From assembly GCA_016748015.1 (NCBI GenBank), contig JAAOMT010000181.1, positions 69,784-133,783 of the forward strand: a stretch of DNA of 64,000 nt. Direction: 5' to 3'. The notes under the pieces are model-generated. The model did no database searches and was not told the origin of the DNA. It worked only from the letters and a program-made list of their open reading frames with translations. Source of the DNA: Geosiphon pyriformis uo1 (Eukaryota; Fungi; Glomeromycota). How positions within the stretch are numbered: the first letter of the stretch is position 1; the number at the start of each line of letters is the position of its first letter. This document shows positions 1 to 10,330 of this stretch, in pieces. Both the position numbers and the translations under genes were made by a program.

Positions 1-94
1 CATTGGATAATAAAATTGTTGATAATCAACGATCAAGATTTCTGATAAAAACTTTCTAAACAAGGTTCCGTTCCACAATCCTCTACCCGTTGCC

Positions 95-1114
95 ATGGTA
101 TGTCTTAAGATTCAAATTTTATCTATATTCCCTCATGATTTACTCATTTTGCTTTCTTGTATATTTAGCCAAAAGTTCGCAGAACACGTACTACATTTCA
201 CTACACCCCGCAAACGGTTTCCCAAGAGAAAGAAATCGAACGTGTGATTCCTGGCTCAGCTAGGAATATAAATGTAAGACCCTTCAGATCAATTGCCTTA
301 AATTTATATCTGAACAAAGCAGCTCGTGCTGTTAATTTTATAGGCCCACTCACTATTGGCCTCTTACTCGAAAGAGCATAAGGACAAAAGAGTTGAGGAG
401 AAAAGAGTCGAGGAAAAAGTAATTGATAAAGAGCGCTCAATTCCAAAGAAAGAGAAACGAAAAGAACGCCATGAAAAATGGTTAGAAAGTAAGCCATTTT
501 GAAAACTTCCTTTATTTCTCTTTATATATTGGAAGGTCTTTATTAGCTTAATGAGCAACTTATCTAGTTTATATCTTCGTATACTGCAATACAACAACCA
601 TTTTAAAAAATACAATGATTTTGAAATCCATAACCACAGTCACATCCTCTTTAGCAATGACTGAAGTTTATGAATTTTATGTTTTATCCAAGAATTGGGA
701 TCCATATACAGACCTAAGAAAAAGAAAAAAAAGCAAGTTGAATCATCTGGCATATTAGCGGATTTCTCTTCATTAAGGGAGATCCTGGAGACTTTACCAG
801 ATATCGCTTCCGATCCCAACCATATACCTCAGCGACAACTAAAGCCGTTGCCTAAAGGACTTAATAGCAAAAAAGTTGTCGGGAAAAAAGCTCGCAAGAA
901 TGCTGAGTATGTTTTTTGTGGATTATTCTGTATTTTATATCATTAGCTTCAATGCAATGCATTTTCTTGTAGGATCGCGGAGATGAAAAGATTTCATAAG
1001 ATAATGCACCACCCTATTTTCAAGGCCGACCCTATGTCCACGATTGAATCACATGTCAAGAATTCACTGGGACCCAAGGAAGATTATAAGACGCAAATGA
1101 GTAATGAATCTTGA
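95..1114 (+). CDS. SLX9: SLX9/FAM207A-family pre-40S ribosome biogenesis protein, 5 exons: join(95..97,169..273,344..488,693..906,973..1114), 202 aa
   Basis: Four GT..AG introns (donors GTATGT, GTAAGA, GTAAGC, GTATGT) give one open frame: MPKVRRTRTTFH...KKEKRKERHEKWLEKL...DFSSLREILETLP...EMKRFHKIMHHPIFKADPMSTIESHVKNSL. The KKEKR..RHEKWLEK motif and the C-terminal E..RF..I..HP.F...P...I..H..N motif match the SLX9 family as I recall it. Confidence 0.88.
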
Positions 1115-1972
1115 AATAAATCTTGATCATTTTACTACGGTTCGAGATGCAAAAGCACTTTCCCAGGGGTATCAATGTCTGCACATCCCACGTTAGGTGT
1201 TGCGTCGACAATCCGGAATCTATATGAATTGACAAGCAAATCATTTCTTATTTTATTTTACATGATCATGTTACACTAATAACCCATTTTATCAAGTCTT
1301 GGTTCTATTTTGATTTGCATTTCACGTTAACAATCAAGTTTATTTACATTTTGGTCTTCTACTGAAACAACTTAAATCTAAACCTCATCCTCACCAGATG
1401 ATTACTATATTAAATACGAGTACGGTGGGATCTGACACCGATAAAATATTTCGAGGAAAATTTTTTCAACAAAATGAATCTGCGAATGAGCCCTTGGATT
1501 GGAAAATAGCGGGCAGTTTCCCAAATCATCAAAAAATTGCAGCAAATAAGTAGTTCGAGAACTTTTGATCCCTATGAAAATTTTGACAAATTGCAATATG
1601 CACTCAGCATCGAATCTGTAACTCGAAAATGAATTTTAATGTCTGACATGAATCGATAATCGATAGGGATGTAATGCAATCCTAAATCTTCCGGATCTTA
1701 TCGCCATCTTGCTACATGAAGTTAAAATGAAAGGGTTTTCTTCAAGTCTTCTGGTGCATCATATCATTATGATTAATGTCAAGAGCAATCAAGAGATTCC
1801 AAAGTAAGAAAAATTTACAAAGCAACTTGCCCGTTTTTAACGACATCTTCACCCGAAACCCCTTGAATCCCAATGTCTCTTTTACTAAATCTCTCAAGAT
1901 TCCTAATTGATCTGAATTCAAATTCCCCCATAAAGATAAGACTTGGGATCGAACAATGATGTTTGAATCTTT

Positions 1973-2562
1973 TCACCACTTGAACCCTTTCTTTCGGCCT
2001 TTCTTGCCGAATTTTCCCATTTTACGATTACGCTTCGTTTTAGGAGGTACATCGATATCCATAGAGCCAGAAGCTGAATTAAAGGCACAAGTAGTAGAGT
2101 GTTTTAAGCTTCGTCTTTTCGGTAAAGAGGCAAGTTGTCAACATTCCAAAAAGCACAAAATAGGCCTATTGACGCAGCAGCGTTCGTCACACTTAACTCT
2201 TCGGGGTCTAATAGACCTAGAGCTGTGTATAATAACGAACCTGATAAGTCTTGCTTTTTGGTTTTTGACGAAGGCAAGATAGAGTCTATCATTTCTACTT
2301 CGACAATAGAGGTTGACGCAGCTGTGGTGCCTCTTGTTAACTCGGACGTTTGTTCGGTAATAACAGTGGTATTTGTTGTGTAGGTGGTTGCATGGTTTGT
2401 AGAATTTGATAAAGTAAGTTGGTCTTGGCGTAAATTACCAGTAGCTTCGGCTTGTCTTGCGGCCAACCGTTGTAGCCGTGCGTCCTCAACCGGTGCAAAT
2501 ATAGTGTTGCGCTTAATAGCACGGAAATGACGTTTTGATTTGTTACGAAGACCTTTTGCCAT
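1973..2562 (-). CDS. YBL028C/DUF2423/LLPH-family small basic pre-60S protein, spliced form complement(join(1973..2073,2439..2562)), 74 aa
   Basis: N-terminus MAKGLRNKSKRHFRAIKRNTIFAPVEDARLQRLA is typical of DUF2423. Donor GTAATT at 2438 and a pyrimidine tract plus CAG ending at 2074 are phase-compatible. Exon 2 gives ASGSMDIDVPPKTKRNRKMGKFGKKGRKKGFKW*, i.e. an MDxD motif, a basic tail and a terminal aromatic residue as in this family. Confidence 0.85.
2104..2562 (-). CDS. Possible intron-retained 152-aa isoform of the DUF2423 gene
   Basis: The exon 1 frame stays open for ~110 codons through the 365-nt intron and ends ...LLYTALGLLDPEELSVTNAAASIGLFCAFWNVDNLPLYRKDEA*. Confidence 0.5.
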   Translation of the reverse strand: MAKGLRNKSKRHFRAIKRNTIFAPVEDARLQRLAARQAEATGNLRQDQLTLSNSTNHATTYTTNTTVITEQTSELTRGTTAASTSIVEVEMIDSILPSSKTKKQDLSGSLLYTALGLLDPEELSVTNAAASIGLFCAFWNVDNLPLYRKDEA

Positions 2563-2645
2563 TTTCTGATAGTTTTTGGTTTAGCAGGTAAAGCAAAATT
2601 TATAGAGATTTAAATAGTGATAAGAAGCAGGGCAGTTAAGAAGAA

Positions 2646-2715
2646 GAAAATTTTTGTGGTCTGTGAGTATGTGGGAACTCCTGTAACTTAGTGTGAGGCT
2701 TTAATATCTCATCAC
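2646..2715 (-). promoter_or_regulatory. Possible RRPE-like (GAAAATTTTT, 2646-2655) and PAC-like (GTGATGAG on minus, 2708-2715) motifs upstream of the DUF2423 gene
   Basis: Motif resemblance 85-150 nt upstream of a ribosome-biogenesis gene. The motifs are short and chance matches are likely. Confidence 0.2.
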
Positions 2716-3584
2716 AATCGAATTCTAATCCAATAGCGGACAAGTCCAGTGTTTCGGGAACTTTGGTTAAGCACAAGTCTCCCACACCTGCTACACGACA
2801 TAACTATTATAAGCAATGACATATTGATAGTGAAGACTAATAAATTTGAATTAATTAATTTCATTATAATTTCAAACTAAATTATGTTAATTCTGACCAA
2901 ATTACAAATATTTAATTTATATTTTTGACAACTTGCTGAAATAATTGGGATTAATTACAATATATTAACACATGGTTCCAATTTTTTTACTTTGTTTTTA
3001 ATAATTAAATTATTTTTTAAATAATTATTTTTTTTAAATATATATTTGTTAAAATAAAAAAACTTTTTTCTTTTGCATTTATATAACCACAATTAAAACA
3101 AAAAGTTTTTTTTCTTTTAAAGTTTTTTAAAACAGTTACTAAAAATATTTTTAATAATAATATTAAAAATTTAATAACTTTTAACCAAAAACTAATAAAC
3201 AAACTATCTTTTTATTTGTTTTTTTTATAATTATTTTAAATATTAAAAAACCAAAATAATAAAAAAACATTTTATTATTATTATTATTATTATTATTATG
3301 TTTTAATAAAATATAATTTAATTATTATTTAATATAATACAATATTTAAATATTCTAAATTAAATATAATTTACATATTTTTTTTACATATAATTAATTA
3401 TTTAAGCTAATTAAAACTAAATTAAGTTAAATTAAACTGAAAAAACCTATTTTTTTTTTTTTTATTGCTTAATGAGTAAGATCCAAACACTACCTAGAAC
3501 TATATATCAAGGAATTGATCTAAACTAGGCGTGAATCATGCACTTTCTATACATGACCAGTCATTCAGGCCAATCAGAACAATA

Positions 3585-6500
3585 CTATACAGCTATATGA
3601 ACTGATACCAATTCACCTATACCTGAAAAGAACAAGCAAGATTTGCGAAAACCAAAATGAATACCTAAAACATTAGTGATGCCAAGTAACCTAACCACCC
3701 CTGCAGAGAATTTCGAAGCCAAACCATGAACTGAGATAACAGCCGAACTGTCTAGCGGGATCAGTCTATTCTTCTCCATATATACATGATGCTTAGCACA
3801 AACTGACCAGACATCCTCCCTGAAAGCAAGACCAAGAGAGCACACAAACTTGACAATCTCCAAAACAGCAGTCTTGGGGTTGTAAAAGACGGAAACAGCC
3901 TTGCAAAACCACCCATTGAAAACAAAGTTCTTAAAAAAAGCCATGGACACAGAGGAATCAGAAACACTGGATGATAACAGCTGCAATATACCCAAAGAAG
4001 AATGAGAAGAACCAGAAAGCACCTTCCAGAACCCTACATGAGAATCCAACAACTGACGTTGAACAGACTTGTCAACCTTACAAGAAAACACATGATCCAA
4101 CACCTGCACGTCACCACAATACAAGCACAACACACTAGGATAACATCTATTATAAAGGCACTTTTGAACAGCAACTGGCAGCCGATAGTGTAAAGACTTC
4201 ATAAAATAAGTACACACACTGGACGAAGACCTGCTGATGAAACCTGCAGCCATGTGCAAATCAGGATGCCATACCAATGATAATTGGGGCCAATCAACCT
4301 CAGAAAACAAGCCACCCACCAAAACCCCAGAACCAGAACCAACCTTCTATTGTGCATGGCAAATAGAACGATAAATATCACAAACAAAATGTCTCGAATT
4401 TCCAGAAACAATACTACCACCAGCTGACAAGAAGTGCTCACTCAAGCAAGGAAGAAGATACCAATTGGAAAGAGAAGCAGCACCAGCGATCGCGTCAGCA
4501 CACTCATTTCCCGAAACACCAGAATGACCTTTTATCTTGTGAAAGCTAACCCTTAACTTCTTACTGTAAATCACATTAACAATATGACAATGTTTGACCC
4601 AACACTAATTATGATAATCGGGATACACCAGACCCAACTCCGACCTGCAAACATCCAAAGCTGATTGACTATCTGAAAACAAACAAACAAAGCTTGATGA
4701 GGGAACACACTCCAGAGCCAAGGCAACAGCCTGCAATTCCGCCAAAGTAGATGATATCAAACCCGACACACTAATGCCCAAACCCAAACCAATGTCTTCA
4801 AAAAAAACAGCAGCGCCAGTTCTACAGCCAACTGTGCCAAGATTACTAAGGGACCCATCCGTATATACTGACAAACTGCTAGCACTGGTTGCCAAGAGAC
4901 AATCACAAACAGACACAAATTCACCTAACTCAAGAATGTTTGAAGGACCACCATCATCTAAAACCAAAGACTGAGTGTGAGAAGATCTCACACTATTGAG
5001 ATACAAAACAGAATGCTTGAACCACTCAGGAACTGGGCCACGGAGGTCCAATCTCTTCCACCACTTGAAAGTGTACCAATCATAGACAGCACCATAACAG
5101 TCACGAAGTTGATCCACAAAGACAATACTATACTGCCGAAGGGAAGAGAGAAACCTGAGAAACCTCAACTTGCCCAGAACCTCAGATATAGGCACTCCAC
5201 CATAAGACCAAAAGGAACTAGCTAAAGAGCCACCCAGAGATACATTGCAATTGAGAAGAACACGAATCATGCCTGCCAGAAAGTTATTAGATGCACTGAC
5301 ATGAATACGAACAGGAGAACTCAACAGATGAACAGGATGCCAACACAGAACTTGCAAGTCATGAGACCTGTGGGAAAACAAACGACCCAAGATACCACCA
5401 GAGTTCACAAAACTGACAAGGGAAGCAATTTTGCTTTCAGATTGAACTTGAAAAAATGACTTTAAACCATAAAATAAAGGGTAATAAATCGCATTATTAG
5501 GGAAATTGAGTGGCAAACCAGACTTGAGCTTCAAATCTTTACGAATCAGAGCATCCCACTTGTTGCACATGCTAACAGGAATAAAACTGAACTGAGTTTT
5601 ATAGCTGACTATTGAATACAGAACTGCCGACGTCAAATACAAAAACTGCTTATCTGAGACCACCTTCCTCAACACCAGATTGGTAAAGAAGCGAACGTTT
5701 GAATGTGCCTTAACCAAGCTAGACTTCGAAAGACCCTCAGTCAACAGAAAAATGCCCAGATATTAGTGAAATTCCCCCTTTTTGGCAATAGAAATAAGTA
5801 AACCACTGATAGAAAGAGAGGGATTACTAACTCTGTTATTGATAAGAATGACTACTATTTTGTCATTATTAATAGAAATGTTATTGACATGAAAAAATTC
5901 ATTAGCAACATTGAGAATATATTGAGTAGCCATCTGACTGCTGCCAACCCAAATCATATCATCAACAAAAGCACCAGCAGCAAAAAAAGAAGAAAACCCA
6001 GCCTGGAATTCAGAATGACCATTCTTGGAAACAAAGTAAGAATTCAACCTATACCCACATACATTCTCCTGTCTTTTGACTTCGCACAAAAGAGGGTCAT
6101 AAAATATGTGCCAGAGAAGAGAAGAAAAGACCTCTTCCTGGTCCAAACCATCATGCACATGATAACCACTTGTCAATCCAAAATCAGTCATGACTTGGTT
6201 GGTACGATCCCTATGAATACCGCCAAAAAACCGAATAAATTTGCTATACATCTTAATTCTGACCAAACTCTTCTCGAAATGCTCTCAGCCAACTGAGTCA
6301 TACGTCTTTTACATGTTCTGTAGGACCAGCCAGAGCTCCCTGTTTTTTTCCAAAGCATCTTTGACTACCAAACCAATTGCAAAAATAGGAGATTGGGTTG
6401 TTGTACTCTTTAGAACCGAAAAATTGGTCCCCCGAAGCACATCAAAAGTACTGCATGCCAAAGAAATCCTGTCAGAGAGGATCTTGGAAAGAATCTTGCA

Positions 6501-8273
6501 AGCTGTTTCAATTAAGGCAATAGGATGTGTGTTCGTCAAAACACCTTCCCACTCATAAGATTTGGGAATCATTGAGACCCATGCTTCCTTCCAAGGGCCG
6601 GGCACTGACTCACTAGACAAACAAGAGTTCAAAAGCACCAACAACATATCTAAAACCAACCTATCACAATGTTTCCAAAGCTCATTTGAAATACCTGACA
6701 AACCAGCCGCTTTACCATCCGGAAGATCAGAAACCACTCCAAAGAACTCATCATACTCAATCGAACACATGACACCAGAAAAAGCTTCATCAAAAACATA
6801 CTCCAGTGGCCAATATTAGAGGCACCAATCATCCGAGACATTATCAATCACCTGACGCTTCCTAGTCCAACCTTCTATGATCGCATCCACCTTGGATTTG
6901 ACCTGCTCAGGTTCTAAAATCAAATTATCATCAACTACCAAGTGATCCAGCACAACCTTATAAAATAGGCGTTCCAACACATTCCTAATTGTATGACCTT
7001 TATCTACTTCAAAGCTTTTCATCCTTCTGTCTATTGCAGACCTGATGTTCACTTCTTTAGTATTCTGAGATTCAATGAGCTTGGACACTCGATAAGATTT
7101 TCTGGCACCAAAAAGAGCAGAATGAACACAATCAGATTCCACACCAGAGTCCACCAGATCCTGAACGACCGAAGCCTTAATACTGTCCAGAGAAGTCCAA
7201 CACTTCATAAGAGAAGCAAAATCCACAGCACATCTCACATGAAATGCCTTAATAATTTTTGAAACCAGAAGCTCCAACTTGTGAAACCTTGAAGACTCTT
7301 TGGTAAAGACATCATTAAATTCCTTGAACCACTTTTTCTTGAACACTTCACTAGCCAAAAGAACCATTATCTTGCGAACAACATCCCACATTGTGTCCAA
7401 ATCCGAAAACCCCACAGAAACAATGAACTTATCTGAGAACATTATTGCATTAGCCAATGTGGCACACTTAAAATTGGTCTATTTACCCTTATCAGCACCC
7501 TTGAAATCGAACTTCTATCTGTTCCTGTTTGCTTGTTTGCAAAAAGAGTTCAAATGTGTATCCAGAAGTCTACTTAGACCCAAAGACACCAAAACAGCTT
7601 GATGATCTGTGTCAAAATGCTCATTGATATTTAAAACCCTACAATTCACTATTGTATTGACCAGATTCGAGGAGACAAACACATAATTAATTGTTTTTTT
7701 AACACCCCTAGAATTTTCCCAAGTGGGCAATTTCACAGCCGGGCTACCAACTAAAGAATTGACCAGACCCAAATCAAAGCATTTTTTGAAACTCGCACTC
7801 TTATAAGAACCGTCTTTATTAAAATCACCCCTGAGAATGACAAAAGAAGATTCGTTAACAGCCCTCGCAATAAGAGAGTTGATCTCATCAGCCTGAGAAA
7901 ACCATACCACCAAAGAAGCACCAGCATAAAGTTCTAGAATTGACACTGAAAGCTTATTCTTGAAAAGTAATTTAACAGACAGAAGCCGGCCAGGCACTTC
8001 AGAAACCTTGTACACATGTCTTGTCAAAGAAGAGTCCATGACAACTACCACACCAGTGCCCAGATATCCAGAATCCAAACCAGAGGTAAACACCCAAACA
8101 CCATCAAATTTGTTGATGATCCAGGGACAAACCTTATCCTTCAACTTTGTCTCAGTAAAAATAGAAACCAAATTGCCCATGTCCTTGTGCCAATGAATTA
8201 TATCATCCTGCTTTGCAAGATTGTTCATTCCCTTGATATTGCACGTGGCAATTTTCCAAATATAACTGGTCAT
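3585..8273 (-). pseudogene. LINE A ORF2 (APE endonuclease, RT, RNase H, C-terminal CxxC...HxxxC), 1563 codons with six in-frame stops and no frameshift
   Basis: Motifs WKIATCNIKG and ETKL (APE), AFVDD (RT), VYTDGS, AELQA, FSDSQ and KGHSG..GNE.AD (RNase H), CLYC...HVFSC. All ORF-track fragments share one frame. Confidence 0.93.
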
Positions 8274-10171
8274 TGAGATGAAGAGAGGACCAGAGGACCC
8301 AAACCAGCACACATCTGCTCTAACTTCACCAAAATTAAGCTAATAGAGACATCGAGGGCAACCAACTTTGACTCTAAAATGCCAACTTTAGAAGTCAGCA
8401 CCTTGGAACTACTCAGACCCAATTGAGAATTGTCATTGCCAGAAAAAGGAGAAATAGGCTGAATCAAAGGAACATTTAATATCATATCAGAACCCAAGTC
8501 AGAGTTAGCAACCACAAGAGAATCAGAGATAGATAGGAGAGAAGTACTCACAAAAGGAATCACACTAGAAAAAAGAGCCAAAGGCACCAAACTGAGACTG
8601 TCAAGACAAAGAAAAATGTCCAAAATTCGATCAGATAAGAGCTCCACAGAGCGTTTTAGACGTGTCAAACATGTACCCAAGAGGGAATCAACCATAGAAA
8701 GAGGGGAAGGGGTACCACCAGAACTTGAAGCATCAAAGGGCAGAGAACTAGAACCAGAGCCATCATGAGAACCATGAGAGGCTGAAGCAACTGAGACCAC
8801 TTGGGCCCAGAATTTGCCCCCAAAAGCAACAGGACGAGAGATCAGAACCTTCTTCTTAGCATATAATTTGGCCAATTGGAGACAAGTATTCAAGTTAGCA
8901 GGCTTTTTAAATGACTTGAGTGACTGGAAAGCTGACGCAATCTCAACATCACATTCCAAAACAGAATGACCAAACTTTCCACACTGTTCACAGCAAACTA
9001 AATCCAACCTAGCCCATGAGAGTTTCACACCACCAAAGATTGGCTCCATGCAAAAAGCTGATTCCATGGCTTCATCAGATTCAAAACAGACCACAGCACA
9101 GCGAGTTCTATTACCAGTCTCCAACGAACGATTGATGACACAAGTTTTCCCACTAGCCTTTTCCAAAAGAGTCCTAAAATCATGAACTGTTGTTCTCACT
9201 GGCAATGTGAAGAGAAGCGCCCTAAATTGATTCCTAAAAGCCCATGTCTCACGATCTCCCACAGCCTTGGCCACACGCACAGAATCTTTTCCAATTAGGA
9301 ATGACCATTTTGATGCCAACAGATCAGCCTGGCTAGATTCGGCAAACTCTACTACAGCCTTCTGCCACAGCCCAATTAACTGAACTTTGATAGACACAAT
9401 CTGACCATACTCGGATACTGCAGCAATGATCATTTTTTTTGGCGTGTCCATGGGAATTTCCTTTATCACCACAGCCTGATCTGAACGAACTCCTTGTCTC
9501 TTGAGATTGGTGTTTATGATGATCCCATTTTCCCTGGCCAATGACGTGGTCTTTTCTATGCTTTCAGATGAAGTAAATGTTAATTGGATAATCCCTTCAA
9601 ATTTTGAGGGGGTAGTGGCCTCCCCAAAACCATTGATTCCTGAAAATAATTTTCTTATAACCTGAGTTTTGGCCATTGCCGATTTCCCTTCTACAGCTAA
9701 AAGATTGATGTCCAAAGCAAAAGATTTTTTCACAGACACCTCAACCTGAGTTTTAACAATTTTAAGATTAATCCACTTTTTATCCAGAGGGATAGACATG
9801 CGAGGGGGAAGCAAAATCTTATCATCATTCATAGTGAAGTCAGGAGAGCCAAGGGGAGATCCAAACTCTGCGCCAGTATCAACACATTTTGCCTTGGGAG
9901 TAGTTGCAGCTGAACCCAGAAGAGACCCTCCATGTACACCTGTCATGCCAACATTCTTATCATCACTAGACAGACTATCCACATTAGAGTACACACTATC
10001 ATCAGGCCCAGATTTACTTAAAGAGATATCTCTCTCATCACCAGAGTGTTTAATATTGCCAAGAACCACTCTTTTTTTCTGAGCAAAAGAACCACCAGCA
10101 GGACCATGAAAAGCACCTTTGGGTGCCTTCTTTTTTGACATATCACCGCCCAAAACAGTCTTCAAATCCAT
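8270..10171 (-). CDS. LINE A ORF1 (gag-like; RRM-like modules, CCHC zinc knuckle, C-terminal coiled-coil-like segments), open 633 aa
   Basis: Uninterrupted ORF. Contains AVVIKEIP...VSEYGQIVSIKVQL...KAVVEF (RRM-like) and CEQCGKFGHSVLEC (CCHC). Confidence 0.9.
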   Translation of the reverse strand: MDLKTVLGGDMSKKKAPKGAFHGPAGGSFAQKKRVVLGNIKHSGDERDISLSKSGPDDSVYSNVDSLSSDDKNVGMTGVHGGSLLGSAATTPKAKCVDTGAEFGSPLGSPDFTMNDDKILLPPRMSIPLDKKWINLKIVKTQVEVSVKKSFALDINLLAVEGKSAMAKTQVIRKLFSGINGFGEATTPSKFEGIIQLTFTSSESIEKTTSLARENGIIINTNLKRQGVRSDQAVVIKEIPMDTPKKMIIAAVSEYGQIVSIKVQLIGLWQKAVVEFAESSQADLLASKWSFLIGKDSVRVAKAVGDRETWAFRNQFRALLFTLPVRTTVHDFRTLLEKASGKTCVINRSLETGNRTRCAVVCFESDEAMESAFCMEPIFGGVKLSWARLDLVCCEQCGKFGHSVLECDVEIASAFQSLKSFKKPANLNTCLQLAKLYAKKKVLISRPVAFGGKFWAQVVSVASASHGSHDGSGSSSLPFDASSSGGTPSPLSMVDSLLGTCLTRLKRSVELLSDRILDIFLCLDSLSLVPLALFSSVIPFVSTSLLSISDSLVVANSDLGSDMILNVPLIQPISPFSGNDNSQLGLSSSKVLTSKVGILESKLVALDVSISLILVKLEQMCAGLGPLVLSSSQ

Positions 10172-10330
10172 GACAAAAGGGTTATTGTTTAAGGAAATGT
10201 TGAAAGAAAACTAACAAGAAAAAATAAAACTTCTTTTTCAAAAAATGCACTTTTTTGAGGATTTTTGGAGGTAAGAGAGAAAAAAAAAGATAAAAACCTA
10301 TTTTAAAAAATTTTTTTTATGTATATAAAA

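Larger units (their letters stand above)
3454..10291 (-). mobile_element. LINE copy A, full-length non-LTR retrotransposon (APE-RT-RNase H type)
   Basis: ORF1 and ORF2 present; poly(A) tail seen as the T run near 3450-3463; 13-bp TSD AAAAACCTATTTT at 3441-3453 and 10292-10304. Confidence 0.95.

Noticed and set aside
201-615. Minus-strand ORFs 201..497 and 364..615
   Set aside because: Antisense to SLX9 exons and introns; no recognisable motif.
1956-2383. Plus-strand ORFs 1956..2282 and 2135..2383
   Set aside because: Antisense shadows of the DUF2423 gene.
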